Counted from the first letter of the stretch, positions 50,691 to 61,484 are shown. The stretch: DNA of 64,000 nucleotides from Solirubrobacterales bacterium (GCA_038203635.1 JBBRDT010000004.1:4154-68153); one strand, 5' to 3'. Made by a program: numbers and translations. The notes: generated from the letters alone by a model not told the origin.

Positions 50691-50751
50691 GCCTTCCTCC
50701 TGTCGCGGGGTCAGTCCTTACAGCCTATTGGGCTGCTCGTGCCGAGCCGGG

Positions 50752-52224
50752 TCAGTAGGAGACGGCGCAGTACTTCGTCTCGAGGTACTCCTCGATGCCC
50801 TCGTAGCCACCCTCGCGGCCGACTCCCGAGTGCTTGATGCCGCCGAACGGGGCCGCGGGGTTGGAGACCATCCCCTGGTTCAGCCCGACCATGCCGTACT
50901 CGAGCTGCTCCATCACCCGCATCGCCCGGCCGAGGTCGCGCGTGTAGAGGTAGGCGACCAGGCCGTACTCGGTGTCGTTCGCCCACCGGATCGCCTGCTC
51001 CTCGTCCCGGAATCCCTTGACCGGAGCGACCGGGCCGAAGATCTCCTCCTTCAGGAGGCGGGCATCGTCGGGGATGTCGGCGAGCACCGTCGGGGCGTAG
51101 AAGTATCCGGCCAGGTCGACGGGCTCGGCGCCGACGACCGGCCTCGCCCCCTTGGAGATCGCGTCCTGCACCAGCTCCTCGACCTTGGACACCTGCTCGT
51201 CGTTGATCAGTGGACCGACGTCGACGTCCTCGTCCGTACCTCGTCCGACCTTCAGGGCCTTCATCCGCTCGGCGAGCCCCTCGACGAAGTCCTGCGCGAT
51301 CGAGTCCGCGACGTAGAACCGGTTTGCCGCCGTGCACGCCTCACCGATGTTCCGCATCTTGGCGATCATCGCGCCTTCGATCGCGGCGTCCAGATCGGCG
51401 TCCTCGAACACCAGGAACGGAGCGTTGCCGCCCAACTCCATCGAGACGCGCAGGATCTGTTCGGCCGCCTGCTCCGTCAGCTTGCGGCCGACCTCGGTCG
51501 AGCCGGTGAAGCTCAGCTTGCGCAACCGTAAGTCGGCGATGATCGGCTTCGACACGTCGCTCGAGCTGGAGCTGGTGATCACGTTCAGAACGCCTCCGGG
51601 CAGACCTGCCTCCTGCAGGATCTGCGCCACGGCAAGTGCGCTGAGAGGTGTCATGCTCGCCGGCTTCAGCACCATCGTGCAGCCGGCCGCGATCGCCGGG
51701 CCGATCTTGCGTGTCGCCATCGCCGCGGGGAAGTTCCATGGCGTGATCAGGTAGCAGGGGCCGACCGGCTGCTTCATCACGAGCAGGCGGCCCTGACCCG
51801 TGGGCGCGACCTGGAACCGGCCGTCGATCCGTACCGCCTGCTCCGCGAACCAGCGGAAGAACTCGGCCGCATAGGTGACCTCGGCCTTGGACTCGGCGAC
51901 CGACTTGCCCATCTCGAGCGTCATCAGCAGGGCGAGGTCGTCGGCGCGGGCGACCATCGACTCATACGCCCTGCGCAGGATCTCTCCACGCTCCCGGGGA
52001 GGGTGCTCCCGCCAGGCCGCCTGCTGCTCGTGGGCGGCCGCAAGCGCCGCAAGCGCATCGTCAGGCGTGGCGTCGGCGACGTCCGCGATCGTTTCGCGGG
52101 TGGCGGGATCCTCGATCGGGAAGGTCTGCCCTCCGGCGGCGTCGACCCATCTGCCGCCGATCAGCAGCTTCTTCGAAACGCCCTCGACGACGGCTCGCTC
52201 ACGCGACTGTGCCGCTACCGCCAT
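50752..52224 (-). CDS. gabD: NAD(P)-dependent succinate-semialdehyde dehydrogenase
   Basis: ITPWNFP..M.TRK, SFTGSTEVG, ELGGNAP, GEACTAANR, EEIFGP. Confidence 0.88.
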   Translation of the reverse strand: MAVAAQSRERAVVEGVSKKLLIGGRWVDAAGGQTFPIEDPATRETIADVADATPDDALAALAAAHEQQAAWREHPPRERGEILRRAYESMVARADDLALLMTLEMGKSVAESKAEVTYAAEFFRWFAEQAVRIDGRFQVAPTGQGRLLVMKQPVGPCYLITPWNFPAAMATRKIGPAIAAGCTMVLKPASMTPLSALAVAQILQEAGLPGGVLNVITSSSSSDVSKPIIADLRLRKLSFTGSTEVGRKLTEQAAEQILRVSMELGGNAPFLVFEDADLDAAIEGAMIAKMRNIGEACTAANRFYVADSIAQDFVEGLAERMKALKVGRGTDEDVDVGPLINDEQVSKVEELVQDAISKGARPVVGAEPVDLAGYFYAPTVLADIPDDARLLKEEIFGPVAPVKGFRDEEQAIRWANDTEYGLVAYLYTRDLGRAMRVMEQLEYGMVGLNQGMVSNPAAPFGGIKHSGVGREGGYEGIEEYLETKYCAVSY

Positions 52225-52384
52225 GCGGCTCGCACCTGGATGGGACTCAAGTGATGGGGCTGCATGTCGATGTCAATCTAGAGGATCAGCGCAGGGTCCC
52301 GGCGGGGTAGAGATACTGAGCCTTAATCTGAGGTCCCAAGCGCGACTTCGGGTCGCTGCCCGCGTTAGTAAGCCTCGAACTCGA

Positions 52385-53770
52385 ATGTTCAAGCGTGCCG
52401 TCACATTGATCGTTCTGGCCCTGGCTGCCGCCTACCCGGCCGGCGCCGGCGCCGCCGAGCGCTGGTCCGTGCGCGGAGCGGGCTGGGGCCACGGCATCGG
52501 CATGAGCCAGTGGGGCGCATACGGCTACGCGCAGCACGGCGCCGACCACCGCGAGATCCTCAGTCACTACTACCGCGACACGCAGATCGGCTCGGCGCCC
52601 GCCGGCGCTGTGCGGGTGCTGCTGCAGTCGAACCGGCCCGCCATCTACTTCAGGCACGCGACGCTGGCCGGCGATCACACGCTGGTCGAAGACTCGGGAT
52701 ACCGCGCGACGCGCGAAGGCGACAACGTCGTGCTGCGCAGCTCGTCCGGCCGCCGCCTCGCGAGCTTCCCGGAGGTGATGCGGGTGGTGGGAGGCAAGCA
52801 CGTGCGTTTGATGGGACGTGCACAGAACGGCGTTCGCGACGGCCTTTACCGCGACCACCTCGAGATCCGAACCGCTTCCGGCTCCGGCCTCAACGCGATC
52901 AACGCCGTCGACCTGGACGACTACCTGCTGGGCGTCGTCCCGAGCGAGAGCCCGGCGGCGTGGCCGGCGGCGGCGCTCGAGGCCCAGGCCGTCGCCGCGC
53001 GATCGTACGCGCTGGCCTCGAACGTCAACGGCAAGGGCTTCGACCAGTACGCGGACACGCGCAGTCAGATGTACCGCGGTTATCTGGGGGAGACGCCCGC
53101 GACGAACGCAGCTGTCGCCGCGACGGCGAACGAGGTCGTCACCTACAACGGCGCGATCGCCACGACCTTCTTCTTCTCCACGTCGGGCGGCCACACCGAG
53201 AACGTCGAGAACGTCTTCACCGGCGGCTCTCCGAAACCGTGGCTGAAGGGCGTCGACGACCCGTATGACGGTCCTTCGCCGTACCACCGCTGGGGCCCGA
53301 TGAGCTACTCGCGCTCCGCGCTGACGAGCAGGCTCGGTGGCTTGGTGAAGGGGCGGTTGAAGAGCTTCAAGGTGCTGAAGCGCGGCGTCTCGCCGCGCGT
53401 CGTGAAGGCGCGCATCACGGGCACGCGCGGCAGCACGGTGGTGACGGGACCGCAGATCCGGACCCGGCTCGGCCTGCGCGACACCTGGTTCTTCTTGCGC
53501 CGGGTGACGACGCAGCGCCACGGCGGTGCGAAGGCGCGCACGCTGCGCGGTGTGCGCCCGCTCGTTGCCCTGTACGGCGACGTCGGCGCGGCGAAGCTGG
53601 ACTCCGTCACGCTCGAGCGGCAGGTCGGGGATGACTGGAGGAAGGTCGGCATCTTCCCCGTGCAGAACGGCCGTTACCGCATTCACGTTGGCACCGCCGG
53701 CATCTATCGCGTGAAGGCGGGCTGGGCACCGGGGCCCGCGCTGCGCGTCGCGCCGCCGCTGGTCGGCTAG
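52385..53770 (+). CDS. SpoIID/LytB domain secreted protein (peptidoglycan lytic transglycosylase family)
   Basis: Signal peptide, GWGHGIGMSQWGA, YLLGVVPSE, ALEAQAVAARSY. Confidence 0.9.
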   Translation: MFKRAVTLIVLALAAAYPAGAGAAERWSVRGAGWGHGIGMSQWGAYGYAQHGADHREILSHYYRDTQIGSAPAGAVRVLLQSNRPAIYFRHATLAGDHTLVEDSGYRATREGDNVVLRSSSGRRLASFPEVMRVVGGKHVRLMGRAQNGVRDGLYRDHLEIRTASGSGLNAINAVDLDDYLLGVVPSESPAAWPAAALEAQAVAARSYALASNVNGKGFDQYADTRSQMYRGYLGETPATNAAVAATANEVVTYNGAIATTFFFSTSGGHTENVENVFTGGSPKPWLKGVDDPYDGPSPYHRWGPMSYSRSALTSRLGGLVKGRLKSFKVLKRGVSPRVVKARITGTRGSTVVTGPQIRTRLGLRDTWFFLRRVTTQRHGGAKARTLRGVRPLVALYGDVGAAKLDSVTLERQVGDDWRKVGIFPVQNGRYRIHVGTAGIYRVKAGWAPGPALRVAPPLVG

Positions 53771-53784
53771 CCCCGGCTCCCCGG

Positions 53785-54807
53785 TCAGGGAGTGAACTTG
53801 ATCGTCACCACGTCGCCGTCCGCCACGACGTAGTCCCGGCCTTCTACGCGCAGGCGCCCGGCGTCGCGGGCAGCCGCGAAGGATCCGGCGTCGAGGAGCT
53901 CCTGCCATGGGATCACCTCTGCGCGGACGAAGCCGCGCTGGATGTCCGTGTGGACCCGTCCCGCAGCCTCGAGCGCCGTGCTGCCCTGCTGGAGGCTGCG
54001 GGCACGGATCTCGTTGCCGCCCACGGCCGTGAAGAACGTGATCCGGCCGAGCAGCCGGTAGGCCTCGCGCACGATCTGCTCCAGTGCCCCCTCCGCGATG
54101 CCGAGCTCGGCGCGCATGATGCCGGCCTCCTCGGGGTCGAGCTCTGCAAGCTCGGCCTCGTCGCGGGCGCAGACGCCCAGCGCGCCCCGCGCCGCCAAGG
54201 CTTCCGGGACGGCCTCGCCCTCGCCGACATTCGCGACGATCAGCGCAGGCTTCGAGCTCAAGAGGCCGGCCTCGGGCGGGGCCGGGCGCCCGGCTGAGAG
54301 CTCGGCGAGCGTGCCCTCCCACAGCTCGCGTTCGGCGATCGCATCCTTGTCGCCGCTGCGCGCTGCCTTGGTGGCGGACTCCAGGCGCCGCTCGGCACTG
54401 TCGAGGTCGGCCAGCATCAGCTCTGCCTCGACCGTCGCGAGGTCGTCGAGCGGGTCGAGGGCGCCGTGCGGATGCGCGACCTGCGGATGCTCGAAGGCGC
54501 GCACGACGTGCACGATCGCGTCCACGTCGCGAATGTGGCCGAGGAACCGGTTGCCCAACCCCTCCCCCTCGTGCGCGCCGCGCACGAGCCCCGCGATGTC
54601 CACGACCTCCAGATGCTCGGGGACGCGGCGAGCGATCCCCAGCAGGTCCCCCACCTGCTCCAGCCTCGTGTCCGGCACGGGCACGACGGCGACGTTCGGC
54701 TCGACCGTCGTGAAGGGGTATTCGGCGGCCTCCGCACCGGCATGTCCGAGCGCGTTGAACAACGTCGACTTGCCCGCGTTGGGAAGGCCCACGACGCCGA
54801 CCTTCAC
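53785..54807 (-). CDS. ychF: Redox-regulated ATPase YchF
   Basis: GLPNAGKSTLFN, YPFTTVEPN, DIAGL, GEGLGN.FL, TGS domain. Confidence 0.93.
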   Translation of the reverse strand: MKVGVVGLPNAGKSTLFNALGHAGAEAAEYPFTTVEPNVAVVPVPDTRLEQVGDLLGIARRVPEHLEVVDIAGLVRGAHEGEGLGNRFLGHIRDVDAIVHVVRAFEHPQVAHPHGALDPLDDLATVEAELMLADLDSAERRLESATKAARSGDKDAIAERELWEGTLAELSAGRPAPPEAGLLSSKPALIVANVGEGEAVPEALAARGALGVCARDEAELAELDPEEAGIMRAELGIAEGALEQIVREAYRLLGRITFFTAVGGNEIRARSLQQGSTALEAAGRVHTDIQRGFVRAEVIPWQELLDAGSFAAARDAGRLRVEGRDYVVADGDVVTIKFTP

Positions 54808-55313
54808 GAGGCTGCCGCCTCCAGAGTGAGTCCCACGAAGGTCCCCGCGGCGGCGCCGGCGACCACGTCGGAGGGATAGTGCACGCCGAGGTATGGGCGC
54901 GTGAACGCCATCAGCGCGGCTGCGACCAGCAAGGGCACCCGCGCAGCGGGTACCAGCGCCCCGATCCGAACCGCGCCTGCGAACGACGTGGCGGCGTGGG
55001 CAGACGGGAACGAGTGTGATCGCGGCACACGGCCGAACGGTTCGAGGCCGGCTATCTGCGGCCGCTCACGCGCCACGACCACTTTCACCACGTAGTTGGC
55101 GCCCAAGGTGAACGGCACCGTGCCGGCCGCCGCCAGCCAGCGGGTCCGGCGCGCGGGGTCGGTTGCGGCACCGGCCAGCGCCAACGCGATCCACAGACCA
55201 CCGGACTCGCCGAGCCGGGCGTAGGCGGCGGCGGCCCGGTCCAAGCCGGGCGTGCGCATCCGGGTGCGCAGCAGCACCAGCAGACGGCGGTCGAGGTCCG
55301 AGAGGGCGGTCAA
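54804..55313 (-). CDS. PAP2 family phosphatase
   Basis: K....RERP, SFPSAHA, TR.YLGVHYPSDV. Confidence 0.9.
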   Translation of the reverse strand: MTALSDLDRRLLVLLRTRMRTPGLDRAAAAYARLGESGGLWIALALAGAATDPARRTRWLAAAGTVPFTLGANYVVKVVVARERPQIAGLEPFGRVPRSHSFPSAHAATSFAGAVRIGALVPAARVPLLVAAALMAFTRPYLGVHYPSDVVAGAAAGTFVGLTLEAAAS

Positions 55314-55334
55314 CCCGCGCCGCGGTGATCCGTC

Positions 55335-55973
55335 TCAGACAGTTGACTCGGTCGGCGGCGTCTCGAAGCGCTCGAAGAACGCGAGAGGATTGCCGAGCCG
55401 GCGTTCGAAGCCGAGGCCGGCACCGCCGGCGCGATCCCTCAGCTTGCCGGAGGTCACCATGTGGGGGTCGCCGAACAGCTCGCCGACCACCAATCGCCCA
55501 CCTGGGCGCAGTACCCGGGCGATCTCGCGCAACGCCTGTTCCTGATCCGGAATCTCTCCCAGCACCGTGACGAGCACGGCCGCGTCGAAGGTGTCGTTGT
55601 CGAAGGGCAGGTTCTGAGCATCGCCGAGCGTGGGCTTGACGTTCGTGACGCCGCGCCGGTCGGCCTCCCGGATCACGTGGTCGAGCATCTCCTGCTGGAT
55701 GTCGAAGACATCGACCTGTCCAGCCGGCAGGGCGGCCGCCATGTCGAACGTGTAGTAGCCGGTGCCGGGCCCGACCTCGAGCACGCGCTCGTCGGGCGCG
55801 AGGGCAAGCGCCTCGAGCAGCCGGCTGCGCGTTATGAACGGGTGCGGCGCCTGGACCCAGAAGCGCTGGTTGTAGGGACAGGCGGAGGGATTGCGGCGCC
55901 ACCAGAACGCGGCCGCCACCGTCCCGAGCGCTCCCAGCAGTAGGCCTGTCCTCAGCGGGCGCACGAGAGTCAT
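55335..55973 (-). CDS. Class I SAM methyltransferase with N-terminal membrane anchor
   Basis: VLEVGPGTG, GDAQNLPF, RVLRPGG. Confidence 0.88.
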   Translation of the reverse strand: MTLVRPLRTGLLLGALGTVAAAFWWRRNPSACPYNQRFWVQAPHPFITRSRLLEALALAPDERVLEVGPGTGYYTFDMAAALPAGQVDVFDIQQEMLDHVIREADRRGVTNVKPTLGDAQNLPFDNDTFDAAVLVTVLGEIPDQEQALREIARVLRPGGRLVVGELFGDPHMVTSGKLRDRAGGAGLGFERRLGNPLAFFERFETPPTESTV

Positions 55974-55976
55974 CTA

Positions 55977-56210
55977 CTAAAGGCCCGAGAAGCCGACCTT
56001 GTGGTCGGGGGACTCGAGCTTCATGAACACGACCTGGCCGAGATCGAGCGAGACCACACCGTCAGCCGTCTCCACCTCGATCCATCGCTTGGCATCCTGG
56101 ACGGCGCGCCGCAGCTGCTCATAGGCCTTGTTTTCCAGCCGCACGAGGATCACCTGACCACCCGAAAAGCCGACCTCGATGCGCCGCATCTCGCCGCCAT
56201 CGCGCGCCAC
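55977..56210 (-). CDS. Small hypothetical protein (possibly DUF3107-like; start 56210 or 56189)
   Basis: Fills the gap in a co-directional operon; RRIEVGFSGGQ...KVGF. Confidence 0.65.
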   Translation of the reverse strand: MARDGGEMRRIEVGFSGGQVILVRLENKAYEQLRRAVQDAKRWIEVETADGVVSLDLGQVVFMKLESPDHKVGFSGL

Positions 56211-56212
56211 GA

Positions 56213-56626
56213 TCAGTGAGCCCCCTCGGCCGGCTGCACGAGCTCGGTCAGCACACCGCCGGTGGAGGCAGGATGGAGGAACGCCACGAGGCTGTCGCGA
56301 ATGCCGCGGCGCGGCACCTCGTCGATCAGTCGCAGCCCTCGCGAGCGGCATTCCTCGATCGCGATCGCGACGTCCTGGCAGCGGTACGCGGTGTGATGCA
56401 GGCCGGGACCCTTCTTGGCGAGGAACTTGCCGACCGGCGTGTCGCCGCCGAGCGGGGCCAGCAGCTCGACATGTGACTCGCCGACGCCGAGGAGAACGGC
56501 CTCCACGCCCTGCTCGGTCACGGTCTCGCGGTGCTGGACCGGCATTCCGAAGGTGTCGGCGTAAAGCGTGACTGCGGCGTCGAGGTCCTCCACGGCCACG
56601 CCGACGTGGTCGATCGACTGGAACAT
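56213..56626 (-). CDS. mce: Methylmalonyl-CoA epimerase
   Basis: IDHVGVAV, VELLAP, GPGLHH.AY, FLHP..TGGVL.ELVQ. Confidence 0.92.
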   Translation of the reverse strand: MFQSIDHVGVAVEDLDAAVTLYADTFGMPVQHRETVTEQGVEAVLLGVGESHVELLAPLGGDTPVGKFLAKKGPGLHHTAYRCQDVAIAIEECRSRGLRLIDEVPRRGIRDSLVAFLHPASTGGVLTELVQPAEGAH

Positions 56627-56640
56627 CGGCCGGGGAGTCT

Positions 56641-56669
56641 AGTGATCGGCCCCCGCGGGGCCGATCACT
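56641..56669. terminator. GC-rich hairpin after the FtsH-like gene
   Basis: agtgatcggcccc-cgc-ggggccgatcact, 13-bp perfect stem; no clear U tract. Confidence 0.55.
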
Positions 56670-56682
56670 GCAGCCGGTGGTA

Positions 56683-58323
56683 CTACCGAGTGGTCCGCGA
56701 GGAGGTGGGCAGCATCGGCGGCGGAACGCTTTCGCGATGCGCACGCGGAGCCCCCATCGGCTCGGCGGCGTCGGGCACGAACTCCTCGTTGAACACCTGC
56801 TCGGGCCGCCTGCCGATCGACGGCAGGGTCACGACCACGTCGAACGGGCTGTCCTCACGCGGGCGGGCGCTTACGCCGGTGACCAGCTCGGTGAGCTCGT
56901 CGCGCTCGATCGACTCCTTCTCGAGCAGCGTCTGCGCGATGCTGTCAAGCAGCTCGCGGTTCTCGCTCACCAGCACGTGAGTCTCGAACAGCGCCGCATC
57001 GATCAGCATCTGCTGCTCTTGGTCGCGCGCCTCCATTGTCGCCTGCGAAGTGTTCTCGCCGATCCCCTCGAGGTGCGCCAGCAGCTTGCTGCCCATGCCG
57101 TACTGCGCGATCATCGAGCGGCTGATCTCGGCGACACGCCGCAGATCGTCAGAGGCTCCGGTCGTGACACGCTCGAACACGATCTGCTCGGTGACGTAGC
57201 CACCCAGCAACATCTTCATGTAGTCGAGCAGGTCCTCCTTCGACATCAGGTAACGGTCCTCCTCGGGCAGGTTGAGCGTGTAGCCCAGCGCCTGTCCGCG
57301 CGGCACGATCGAGATCTTGTGCACCTTCGGCACCGAGGGGAGCATCTCGGAGACCATGGCGTGACCCGCCTCGTGATAGGCGATGATCCGCTTCTCGCTC
57401 GGCATCATGACGCGACGCGTCTGCATCCCGGCGATAACACGCTCCAGAGCGTTGTCGAAGTCGACCTGGTGAATCGTGTCGCGACCTTCGCGACCGGCGT
57501 GAATCGCGGCCTCGTTGCAGAGGTTCGCGAGGTCGGCGCCCGTCAGCCCTGACGTGCGACGCGCCACCATGACCAGGTCCACGTCGGCCACAGGCATCTT
57601 GCGGCTGTGCACCTTGAGGATCGCCTCGCGACCGTCGAGGTCGGGCGGCGACACCAGCACCTGGCGGTCGAAGCGGCCGGGCCGCAGCAGAGCGGGGTCG
57701 AGACCGTCGATGCGGTTCGAGGCCGCGATCACGATCACGTCGCTCCTGTCCGCGAAACCGTCCATCTCGACGAGCAGCTGGTTCAGCGTCTGATCCTTCT
57801 CACGCGAGATGTCGAAGCCGCGCTTGAGGCCGACCGCGTCGATCTCGTCGATGAAGATGATCGCCGGAGCGTGATCCTTGGCGATCTGGAACAGGCGCCT
57901 GATCCGGGCAGCGCCCAGGCCGGCGAACATCTCGACGAACGAGCTCGCCGACTGGCTGAAGAAGTGCGCGCCGGACTCCTTGGCGACAGCCTTCGCCAGC
58001 AGCGTCTTGCCCGTGCCGGGCGGGCCGTGCAGCAGGATTCCCCGCGGTACGCTCGCGCCCAGGCTCTTGAACCGGTCCGGCGTGCGCAGGAATTCGACGA
58101 CCTCGCGGAGCTCGTCCTTGGCCTCTTCGCAACCCGCCACGTCGTCCCAGCCGATGCCACCGGAGGACTCTGGCTTGACCTCCTGCGGCTTCGTGCGCGG
58201 CATCATCTTGAGGCTGCGCCAGATCAGGTAGACCAGCGCGCACATCAAGATGATGGGCATCCAGGTGAGAGCCCAAGACTCCACCTTGTCCATCAAACTC
58301 ATGCCTGCTGCGAGCGGAAGCAT
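56683..58323 (-). CDS. FtsH-like AAA+ zinc metalloprotease with single N-terminal TM
   Basis: [37 protein letters not shown]. Confidence 0.9.
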   Translation of the reverse strand: MLPLAAGMSLMDKVESWALTWMPIILMCALVYLIWRSLKMMPRTKPQEVKPESSGGIGWDDVAGCEEAKDELREVVEFLRTPDRFKSLGASVPRGILLHGPPGTGKTLLAKAVAKESGAHFFSQSASSFVEMFAGLGAARIRRLFQIAKDHAPAIIFIDEIDAVGLKRGFDISREKDQTLNQLLVEMDGFADRSDVIVIAASNRIDGLDPALLRPGRFDRQVLVSPPDLDGREAILKVHSRKMPVADVDLVMVARRTSGLTGADLANLCNEAAIHAGREGRDTIHQVDFDNALERVIAGMQTRRVMMPSEKRIIAYHEAGHAMVSEMLPSVPKVHKISIVPRGQALGYTLNLPEEDRYLMSKEDLLDYMKMLLGGYVTEQIVFERVTTGASDDLRRVAEISRSMIAQYGMGSKLLAHLEGIGENTSQATMEARDQEQQMLIDAALFETHVLVSENRELLDSIAQTLLEKESIERDELTELVTGVSARPREDSPFDVVVTLPSIGRRPEQVFNEEFVPDAAEPMGAPRAHRESVPPPMLPTSSRTTR

Positions 58324-58450
58324 CCTTGCTCCAATCCATCGCGCAACCCGGGGGAGGGTTTGCTAGTCAGCCAAGGGAGCCACGGAGGTGCGGCTCGGAT
58401 TCAGCGTAAAGGCGATTTCGAGCGATTGCTAGTAAATCTGTCCACTGCGC

Positions 58451-59287
58451 TCAAGTTTCTCGGCGGAGTATCTCGATCATCGCCGCACGACCCACTTCGA
58501 GCTGCTCCGGAGTCGGCTCGCGGGTCGCGAACAGGCGCTGTATCTCGTAGCCGGGCCTGCGGAAAGCCTGAGCGAGCGCGGTGTCGTGGTGGCGTTCGGA
58601 CCAGGCGAACATCTCGACCGACACCGCGACCCCTGCCAGCGTGACCGCAGCGCCGGCCACCGGGCCACGCAGGCCAAGCACGGAGCGCACCAGCAGATTG
58701 CCCACCACCGTGGAGACGATCATCGGGGCAACGAGGTTGGAGCCACACCGGTCGTGCTCCTTCGCGACGAGCGCGGCGTCGGTGTCCTGCTCATAGCCCG
58801 CGATCGCCTTGTGCTCCACGCCGTGGTAGGCGGCGAGCTGTGAATCGTGCAGGGCAAAGGCCGTGGGCGCGAGGCCGAGCGCGGCGACGGCGAGCTCGTT
58901 GCCGGCGGTGCGGCCTCCCAGGCGCCGAGCGCCGGCCGTGACCACCGACGATGCGAGCATGGCGGCCAGCACCTTCCCGTCCTCGAACGGAAGCTGCACC
59001 TCGGGCACGCGCCGCTTGATCACGGGCAACAGCGCAAACGCCTCGCCCAGGCGGGCAATGCCGCGCACGCCCGGCAGGTCGGCGAGGCTTCCTCGGAAGC
59101 GCGGCTTGGCGCCGGACTCCACGCGCAGGGCACCGTCCTTCGAGCGCAGCGCAACAGCCCAGTGGTCGGGCCCGTGCACGAGCAGGCCGTTGCGCAGCGC
59201 CATGCCGCCGAGTCGCACCTTCACAGGCGACGTCTCCGGACCGGCGCCGTTGCCGGCGAAGGCCGGCATCTCGTCGTGGTGGGTCAC
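58451..59287 (-). CDS. DUF1385 family protein
   Basis: LGGMAL.NG, YHGVEHKAI, HDRCGS, Q..AT.EP. Confidence 0.8.
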   Translation of the reverse strand: MTHHDEMPAFAGNGAGPETSPVKVRLGGMALRNGLLVHGPDHWAVALRSKDGALRVESGAKPRFRGSLADLPGVRGIARLGEAFALLPVIKRRVPEVQLPFEDGKVLAAMLASSVVTAGARRLGGRTAGNELAVAALGLAPTAFALHDSQLAAYHGVEHKAIAGYEQDTDAALVAKEHDRCGSNLVAPMIVSTVVGNLLVRSVLGLRGPVAGAAVTLAGVAVSVEMFAWSERHHDTALAQAFRRPGYEIQRLFATREPTPEQLEVGRAAMIEILRRET

Positions 59288-59308
59288 TCCGGCAATGCTA
59301 GTGACCAA

Positions 59309-60055
59309 CTACGTCAGCGCGTCCGCCACCATCGCGGCCGCGGCCACGAGCAGGATGCATCCGACGGCTTGTAGCAGCGCCCTGTCGGACAGGCGCCCGG
59401 TCAGCCGCGACCCCAGCAGGGCGCCGGGGATCGACGCCGCCGCGCCCACGGCGAGCACGTCCCAATCGGGCGGTTTGGAGGGCAGGTGCCCGATCACACC
59501 CGCGACGCCGACGAGGAACCCGATCGTGACGTTGGTGCCCACGGCACGGGCCGGGACCTCCCCAACGACCTTGACGAGCGCGGGCATTCGCAGCGACCCC
59601 AGGATCAGGCCCACGATGCCGCCCAGCACGCCGATCACCAGGCCGGTGACCACGGCGGCCCGGATGTCGAGGCCGTCCTGCTCTTCGCGGCGGGGCTTCG
59701 GCTCCGGCTTTCGCAGCAGCTCGATCCCGCTGTAGAGGAGCACGGCGGCGATCACGAATAGCAGCAGGTTCCCCGGCAGCACTCCGGATACGTAACCGCC
59801 GGCCAGCGCTCCCACGATCGAGGGCGGGGCCATCCACCGGAACAGGCGCCAGTTGACGCGGCCCGCTCGGATGTGGGCGATGGATGCGGTGCCGGCCGCG
59901 ACCGCGCTGATCCCGATGTTCGCGCCCGTCCCCGCCCCCGGAGAGGTGGAAAGAAGGAGTACGGCGGGCAGGCGGATGTTGCCAAGCACGAGGCCCACCA
60001 ACCCCCCGGCAAGGGCCACGGCAAAGCACCAGATCGCGAGCAGCACGTATTCCAT
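59309..60055 (-). CDS. TauE/SafE (TSUP) membrane protein, full length
   Basis: Two internal repeats GG.VGL.LG..R.PA...GTN/GAN; about 8 TM. Confidence 0.82.
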   Translation of the reverse strand: MEYVLLAIWCFAVALAGGLVGLVLGNIRLPAVLLLSTSPGAGTGANIGISAVAAGTASIAHIRAGRVNWRLFRWMAPPSIVGALAGGYVSGVLPGNLLLFVIAAVLLYSGIELLRKPEPKPRREEQDGLDIRAAVVTGLVIGVLGGIVGLILGSLRMPALVKVVGEVPARAVGTNVTIGFLVGVAGVIGHLPSKPPDWDVLAVGAAASIPGALLGSRLTGRLSDRALLQAVGCILLVAAAAMVADALT

Positions 60056-60072
60056 TGGGGATACTGAGGACG
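60056..60072. promoter_or_regulatory. Overlapping divergent leaderless promoters
   Basis: 17 bp between ATG 60055 (-) and TTG 60073 (+); GATACT (+) overlaps CAGTAT (-). Confidence 0.5.
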
Positions 60073-61416
60073 TTGGAGAGGCTTTTCGACACGGACGACA
60101 GCGCCCCGCGGCGCACGCCGGTCCCGCTCGAGGACGAACCCCTCGCGGCGCGTATGCGGCCGCGGGAGCTGAGCGACTTTATCGGGCAGGACCACGTGCT
60201 TGCTGCGGGGTCCGCGCTGCGCACGGCGATCGAGACCGGCGAGCCGCACTCGATGATCCTGTACGGGCCGCCGGGGAGTGGAAAGACGACACTCGCTCGG
60301 ATCGCCGCCACCCATGCCGGTGCCGCCTTCGAGGAGGCGAGTGCCGTGAACGCCGGCCGTGCCGAGGTGAGAGCTGTGATCGAGCGTGCAAGGGAGCGCC
60401 GCCGCTCCTCCGGCACCGGCTCGCTGTTCTTCCTGGACGAGATCCACCGCTTCAACAAGGCACAACAGGACACGTTGCTGCCCGCCGTCGAGGAAGGTCT
60501 CGTGATCCTGATTGGCGCCACGACCGAGAACCCATACTTCGAGGTCAACTCCGCACTGCTCTCCCGCTCCCAGATATACGAGCTGCGGCCACTCACGGCC
60601 GAGCAGGTCGCCGACCTGCTGCGCCGCGCGCTGGCAGACCCGGAGCGGGGCATTCCCGACCCGCCGCAGGTGCCCGAGGAGGCGATCGAGTTCCTCGCAG
60701 CGCGTTCCGGGGGCGACGCGCGGGCCGCCTACAACGCCTTGGAGCTTGCGAGCGACACCGCACGGCGACTCGGGCGGCCGGTCTCGGTCGAGCTTGCCGA
60801 GGACGCGATGCAGAAGAAGGCGGTCCTCTACGACAAGGGCGGGGACAAGCACTACGACTACATCTCGGCGTGGATCAAATCGACGCGTGGCTCGGATGTC
60901 GACGCATCCCTCTACTACCTGGCCGTGATGCTCGAGGGCGGCGAGGATCCGCGCTTCATCGCGCGCCGGATGATCGTGCTCGCGTCCGAGGACATCGGCA
61001 ACGCAGACCCGCAGGCACTACTCGTCGCGGTCGCTGCAGCGCAGGCGGTCGAACACGTGGGCATGCCGGAGGCTGCTCTCAATCTCAGCCAGGCGGCCGC
61101 CTACCTCTCCCTTGCGCCGAAATCCAACGCGAGCACCACTGCCATCGCGCGAGCGCGCGGTGACGTGCAGCGCGACGGTGCGGCAGACCCGCCCCCGCAT
61201 CTGCAGGACTCCCACTATCCCGGTGCCAAGCAGCTCGGGCGGGGGGTCGGATATGAATATCCGCACGATCTCGCCGAGGGCGTATCCGAGCAGAACCTGA
61301 TGCCCGAAGGGCTCGAGGATCGGCGCTACTACGAGCCCACCGAACGGGGCTTCGAGGCCACGTTGCGGGAGCGCCTTGTCAGTCTTTTGCGGAAACAGCG
61401 CAAATCGGGCAATTAG
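60073..61416 (+). CDS. rarA: Replication-associated recombination protein A (MgsA)
   Basis: PLAARMRP, GPPGSGKTT, DEIHRFNKAQQD, GATTENPYF, KSTRGSD, ASEDIGNADP. Confidence 0.95.
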   Translation: MERLFDTDDSAPRRTPVPLEDEPLAARMRPRELSDFIGQDHVLAAGSALRTAIETGEPHSMILYGPPGSGKTTLARIAATHAGAAFEEASAVNAGRAEVRAVIERARERRRSSGTGSLFFLDEIHRFNKAQQDTLLPAVEEGLVILIGATTENPYFEVNSALLSRSQIYELRPLTAEQVADLLRRALADPERGIPDPPQVPEEAIEFLAARSGGDARAAYNALELASDTARRLGRPVSVELAEDAMQKKAVLYDKGGDKHYDYISAWIKSTRGSDVDASLYYLAVMLEGGEDPRFIARRMIVLASEDIGNADPQALLVAVAAAQAVEHVGMPEAALNLSQAAAYLSLAPKSNASTTAIARARGDVQRDGAADPPPHLQDSHYPGAKQLGRGVGYEYPHDLAEGVSEQNLMPEGLEDRRYYEPTERGFEATLRERLVSLLRKQRKSGN

Positions 61417-61484
61417 CCACTAGTCTGATTGAGCCGATGGGATGTAGTCGTAGGCAGGGATCGGCCACGCTTTTGCATGTCCGA

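Noticed and set aside
52385-53770. Evidence of endospore formation (SpoIID)
   Set aside because: SpoIID/LytB domains are widespread peptidoglycan enzymes in non-sporulating bacteria.
58360-58433. Two copies of ttgctagt upstream of the FtsH-like gene
   Set aside because: An 8-mer pair 66 bp apart is too weak to call a binding site.
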